A stretch of 56,421 bases of DNA from a virus. Shown piece by piece: positions 53,931 through 56,421 of this stretch (positions are counted from its first letter, which is position 1; each line of letters starts with the position of its first letter). The stretch covers positions 1-56,421 of the IMG/VR virus record IMGVR_UViG_3300027887_000001; one strand, given 5' to 3'. A program made the position numbers and the translations under genes. Under the pieces are notes generated by a model that saw only the letters and a program-made list of their open reading frames with translations, was not told the DNA's origin and searched no databases.

Positions 53931-54217
53931 CTTCGGCACCGACGATGTGATGTAGGGACGAAACGTGTACGGGGGCTTTTTCGGGTGACGCATGAGTTTG
54001 GGGTTGGATTGGTTTGGAATGATGCAGGGGTACCCTGTCGTTTATTTGTAGGGGGTAATTTTTCAGTTTTTCAGTTTTTACTTACTTAGCTCTAAACATG
54101 ATGAAAAGTGACGTTAGACGTGATGAATGATACGATGGTGATGACGCTCTTTCGTGCAATAATGGTATCAAGGTAAGAGACATTCACTCTTGCTTGGCGC
54201 AAAGGACGCCTAATCTC

Positions 54218-54505
54218 ATGTCACAGTACAATGTTTCACCAGAGAAAGTTTACACGCTTGACCAGTTATGCACGCTCACAGGCTTCACACGTGTATACCT
54301 ACACAAGGCAATGAAGCAATTCAAGACGCTAAAGTATACAGCGGGCTTTGTGCAAGGCACGAAGATACCTTGCAACTTCATCAAGGGAAGTGACTTCCTG
54401 ACTTTCCGCAAAGCAATTGATGAGAAGTCGACACGCAAGTCCGCTCACATCCTGAGCGAGAGTGAATACGCTGAATATCAGCGACTTGTGAAGTCAAGCA
54501 AGTAA
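54218..54505 (+). CDS. Excisionase/MerR-type HTH DNA-binding protein (paralog 3 of 4)
   Basis: Start at ATG 54218. VYTLDQLCTLTGFTRVYLHKAMKQ HTH, then SDFLTF, a basic linker and HILSESEYAEY. Confidence 0.5.
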   Translation: MSQYNVSPEKVYTLDQLCTLTGFTRVYLHKAMKQFKTLKYTAGFVQGTKIPCNFIKGSDFLTFRKAIDEKSTRKSAHILSESEYAEYQRLVKSSK

Positions 54506-54517
54506 TATCAGAGCAAA

Positions 54518-54547
54518 GTGAGTGAGAGACGAAAGTCTCTCACTCAC
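54518..54547 (+). other. Perfect 13-bp hairpin with GAAA tetraloop
   Basis: gtgagtgagagac GAAA gtctctcactcac. No T-run. Lies between 54218..54505 and the small ORF at 54565. Confidence 0.6.
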
Positions 54548-54564
54548 GGAGCAAAGAGGATAAC

Positions 54565-54720
54565 ATGGCATACACAATCGACAAAGGGATTTTAGAGCAA
54601 GCAATGCGCAAGCAAGGCATTTCACCCAAGTTGCGCACTAACGACACAAAATCAATCGTGACCTACAAGAAGTCGCCAACTGGCAATGTTATCAAGTGGA
54701 TTCAAAAAGTCACGAAGTAA
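54565..54720 (+). CDS. Small basic protein (51 aa), absent from the ORF track
   Basis: aaagaggataacATG. Translation MAYTIDKGILEQAMRKQGISPKLRTNDTKSIVTYKKSPTGNVIKWIQKVTK. Followed by a terminator hairpin. Confidence 0.45.
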   Translation: MAYTIDKGILEQAMRKQGISPKLRTNDTKSIVTYKKSPTGNVIKWIQKVTK

Positions 54721-54726
54721 GATTAG

Positions 54727-54760
54727 CAGACTTGCTCACGAAAGTGAGCAAGTCTGGTTT
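54727..54760 (+). terminator. Intrinsic terminator (13-bp stem, GAAA tetraloop)
   Basis: cagacttgctcac GAAA gtgagcaagtctg, followed by gttt. Confidence 0.6.
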
Positions 54761-54838
54761 CGAAAGTAAAAAGTGAAAAAGAAAAAAGTGGAAAATGAAT
54801 TTGGCCCCTCGCGCCTATATGGCGCTTGGGCTAAGAAC

Positions 54839-54876
54839 GGGCGCCCCGCCATGCCCATCCACGTAGGTGCCACGCA
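54839..54876 (+). repeat. GC-rich repeat unit I (GGGCGCCCCGCC...GCCACGCA)
   Basis: 12-nt identity with 55459-55470, and roughly three-quarters identity by eye over about 38 nt with 55459-55494. Confidence 0.7.
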
Positions 54877-55015
54877 ACCATGCCACGCGTCCCATGCTAC
54901 CCGCAATAGTCACGGTACCCTACCTTCACTGTGTCCACCAGTGCGCTTGGCCCTCCGCATGCCCACCCGCATAGGCAACCATCATAGGTAACCATCCCCC
55001 GCGCGATACCGCTAC

Positions 55016-55047
55016 CCGCAAAAAGAGATACCCTTTCGGGTATCTCT
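55016..55047 (-). terminator. Intrinsic terminator for the minus-strand zinc-ribbon gene
   Basis: agagataccc / gggtatctct stem (GAAA loop on the minus strand), followed by TTTT on the minus strand. Confidence 0.65.
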
Positions 55048-55056
55048 CCTTTGGTA

Positions 55057-55257
55057 CTACGGCTTCTGCACCACGTACAGAATCCTTGGTGGAGGAACCA
55101 TGTTCGGATACTCCACTGTATAGCACGGGTGACAGAGATCTCTACCGTAGGGGTAGGTCTCGTCCTTAGGACCGTATTCCAAATCCTGAACTAACACCCA
55201 TTCACCACATCGATTACAATGCTCCCACTGTCCGTTCTCATCGATCACGCCGCTCAT
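55057..55257 (-). CDS. Zinc-ribbon protein (66 aa), the only leftward gene in this region
   Basis: aaaggagagtaacATG RBS. CNRCGEW...CHPC pairs. Has its own promoter-like element and terminator. Confidence 0.6.
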   Translation of the reverse strand: MSGVIDENGQWEHCNRCGEWVLVQDLEYGPKDETYPYGRDLCHPCYTVEYPNMVPPPRILYVVQKP

Positions 55258-55304
55258 GTTACTCTCCTTTGCTGGTGATCCTCATCCGAAGGATCTATTA
55301 TAAT

Positions 55305-55340
55305 ATAATTATAATATAGGAGCCTGGGTCTTTTCTAAGT
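55305..55340 (-). promoter_or_regulatory. Conserved TATAAT-rich element B (inverted copy of element A), probable leftward promoter
   Basis: The reverse complement acttagaaaagacccaggctcctatattataattat matches 285-320 at 33/36 positions. Weaker similarity extends about 35 nt further upstream. Confidence 0.5.
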
Positions 55341-55458
55341 AACATCGGACTCCCCCAATTTAGGACCCAAGGCCAACTGCGCGCGCCCCGCATCGCCCCA
55401 CGCAAAAGGCGCCCCGCAATGATTTTACACAATCAACCAATCAACTATGACTCCCGGT

Positions 55459-55494
55459 GGGCGCCCCGCCTGCCAACCACCAAGGCGCCACGCA
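55459..55494 (+). repeat. GC-rich repeat unit II (GGGCGCCCCGCC...GCCACGCA)
   Basis: See unit I. Embedded in a C-rich non-coding stretch, 55376-55560. Confidence 0.7.
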
Positions 55495-55593
55495 TAGGCC
55501 CCCCGCCGCGCGCGACAAGCACAGGGCGCCTTACCGTTGCCATGCACTCCGTTACCAGCCTAGGTGCCTACGATTGGGGGAGTCTTTGGACCC

Positions 55594-55622
55594 TTGTGGA
55601 AATAAGCGAGATACATTATAAT
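55594..55622 (+). promoter_or_regulatory. Sigma70-type promoter (TTGTGG-17 nt-TATAAT)
   Basis: -35 at 55594-55599 within ggacccttgtgg, and -10 at 55617-55622. The upstream attggggg...ctttgga resembles the 7849-7869 context. Confidence 0.6.
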
Positions 55623-55695
55623 TATAATAATTCACCCGTACCAATAAATAAAAAGGTGCGGAGGGCCCCAACAGGGACATTCAGAACAAGGAGTA

Positions 55696-56079
55696 ATGAT
55701 GAACACCGAGTCCAAGAAACAGAACGCCAGCACCACCCCCGAGCCGATGATGACGATCAAAGACATCCTGACCAAGTCCGGGCTCTCAGGGATCTACGTT
55801 CGCAAAGCCATCTCCAATGGCGACCTGCCCAGTGTGCTCGTTCAAGTGGGTGCGACCAAAGTCTACCGGCGCGAGATCAAAGCCGCGGACTTCGAAACCT
55901 GGCGCGCTACCCGAAAGAATAGCCGACGGGAAGATGGCAGAGGCCGCTCGATCTTGTACGCGACACCCGAGGAACTCACCAAGATCAAGTCGCTCTTAGC
56001 GAGTAACAACGTCGAGGCACTCGTTGAGAAACCGAAGCCCCAGGTGCATAAGCCGAAGGTCGAAGCCCCTAAGGCGTAG
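55696..56079 (+). CDS. Excisionase/MerR-type HTH DNA-binding protein (paralog 4 of 4)
   Basis: aaggagtaATG RBS. MTIKDILTKSGLSGIYVRKAISNGDLP HTH, then ADFETW, a basic linker, ILYATPEELTKI and a Lys/Pro tail. Confidence 0.6.
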   Translation: MMNTESKKQNASTTPEPMMTIKDILTKSGLSGIYVRKAISNGDLPSVLVQVGATKVYRREIKAADFETWRATRKNSRREDGRGRSILYATPEELTKIKSLLASNNVEALVEKPKPQVHKPKVEAPKA

Positions 56080-56090
56080 CTCCCACCACT

Positions 56091-56120
56091 GAACCCCGCC
56101 CAACAGCGGGGTTCTCTTCT
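56091..56120 (+). terminator. Intrinsic terminator
   Basis: gaaccccgc / gcggggttc 9-bp stem, followed by tcttct. Confidence 0.6.
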
Positions 56121-56322
56121 CCCCACCGCGGCGACGCGCACTGATTCGGGGTTTACAACGCATATCTTAGGCTTCCCGCCTGAGCAAACAGAAACCATTT
56201 CCTCAATCAAACGGCTATACCTCGTGATCCGCCTTTTCGACCTCCATCGACGGTCCAAGTACTAAACAACTCCCATCATAGAGAGTCCCTTTCAAACATG
56301 GACCAAGCAGATCACATATCAT

Positions 56323-56421
56323 ATATATATATGATAATAATACATAAACACTTCTACCACCAACACAGATTTTTATACTTGCATATGCTTATAACTTTCA
56401 TTTCTGAATCAAATGACCATT
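56323..56421. repeat. Terminal direct repeat / assembly overlap, identical to 1-99
   Basis: See the first feature. Preceded by a (TA)n palindrome, tcatatatatatatga, at the junction. Confidence 0.95.

Noticed and set aside
53715-54217. tRNA or other standard RNA genes in the larger intergenic regions (also 3883-4049, 6267-6438 and 56080-391)
   Set aside because: I could not find acceptor-stem pairing or the T-loop GGTTCGAATCC-type consensus in any of them. The only clear structures are terminator-like hairpins. A covariance-model scan would be needed to be sure.
54773-54991. 72-aa ORF across GC-rich array I
   Set aside because: The product is Pro/Arg/His-rich and low-complexity. The ORF starts in the A-tract without an SD, and the region is better explained as repeated non-coding motifs.
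55419-55922. 167-aa ORF across GC-rich array II
   Set aside because: It runs through the 55594-55622 promoter and overlaps the well-supported HTH gene (55696-56079) out of frame. The product is Arg/Pro-rich with no RBS.
55863-56258. 131-aa minus-strand ORF
   Set aside because: It is antisense to the HTH gene and to its terminator. It has no RBS and an Arg/Ser-rich composition typical of a shadow ORF.

Overview
The window is a complete tailed-phage (siphovirus-like) dsDNA genome. Bases 1-99 are identical to 56323-56421, so the contig closes on itself or is terminally redundant, with 56,322 bp of unique sequence.

Layout:
- One long rightward arm runs from 52590, through the junction, to 31710. 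It holds many small early ORFs behind strong AGGAGG ribosome-binding sites, then a recombination and replication module: RuvC-like resolvase, SNF2 helicase, Cas4-like PD-(D/E)XK nuclease, Sak4-like ATPase, DUF669-like SSB, AEP primase-polymerase/helicase, and a UDG-PolA fusion.
- One leftward late arm runs from 52403 to 31744: TerS, TerL, portal, scaffold, decoration-like protein, major capsid, connectors, two tail-tube paralogs, a frameshifted chaperone, tape measure, Dit/Tal-like tail tip and three membrane proteins.

Sigma70-type promoters, intrinsic terminators, a lipobox and the SD usage point to a bacterial host that I cannot name.

The most notable content is a 7-deazaguanine DNA-modification island at about 22.2-28.9 kb. 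It contains folE, queD, queE, queC and a minimal DpdA-like transglycosylase. It also contains a second QueC paralog whose ATP-binding PP-loop is destroyed, and several uncharacterised small ORFs, all directly upstream of a polymerase with an N-terminal family-4 UDG-like domain.

Other points worth a second look:
- a four-member family of excisionase-type HTH proteins with no integrase
- strand-asymmetric GC-rich motif arrays flanking an antisense zinc-ribbon gene near the junction
- a conserved promoter family, and a pair of inverted promoter-like elements
- a six-gene block between the tape measure and Dit, including a 22-residue repeat protein and tandem paralogs
- no recognisable endolysin

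All product calls rest on motifs read by eye from the ORF track. No database search was possible.
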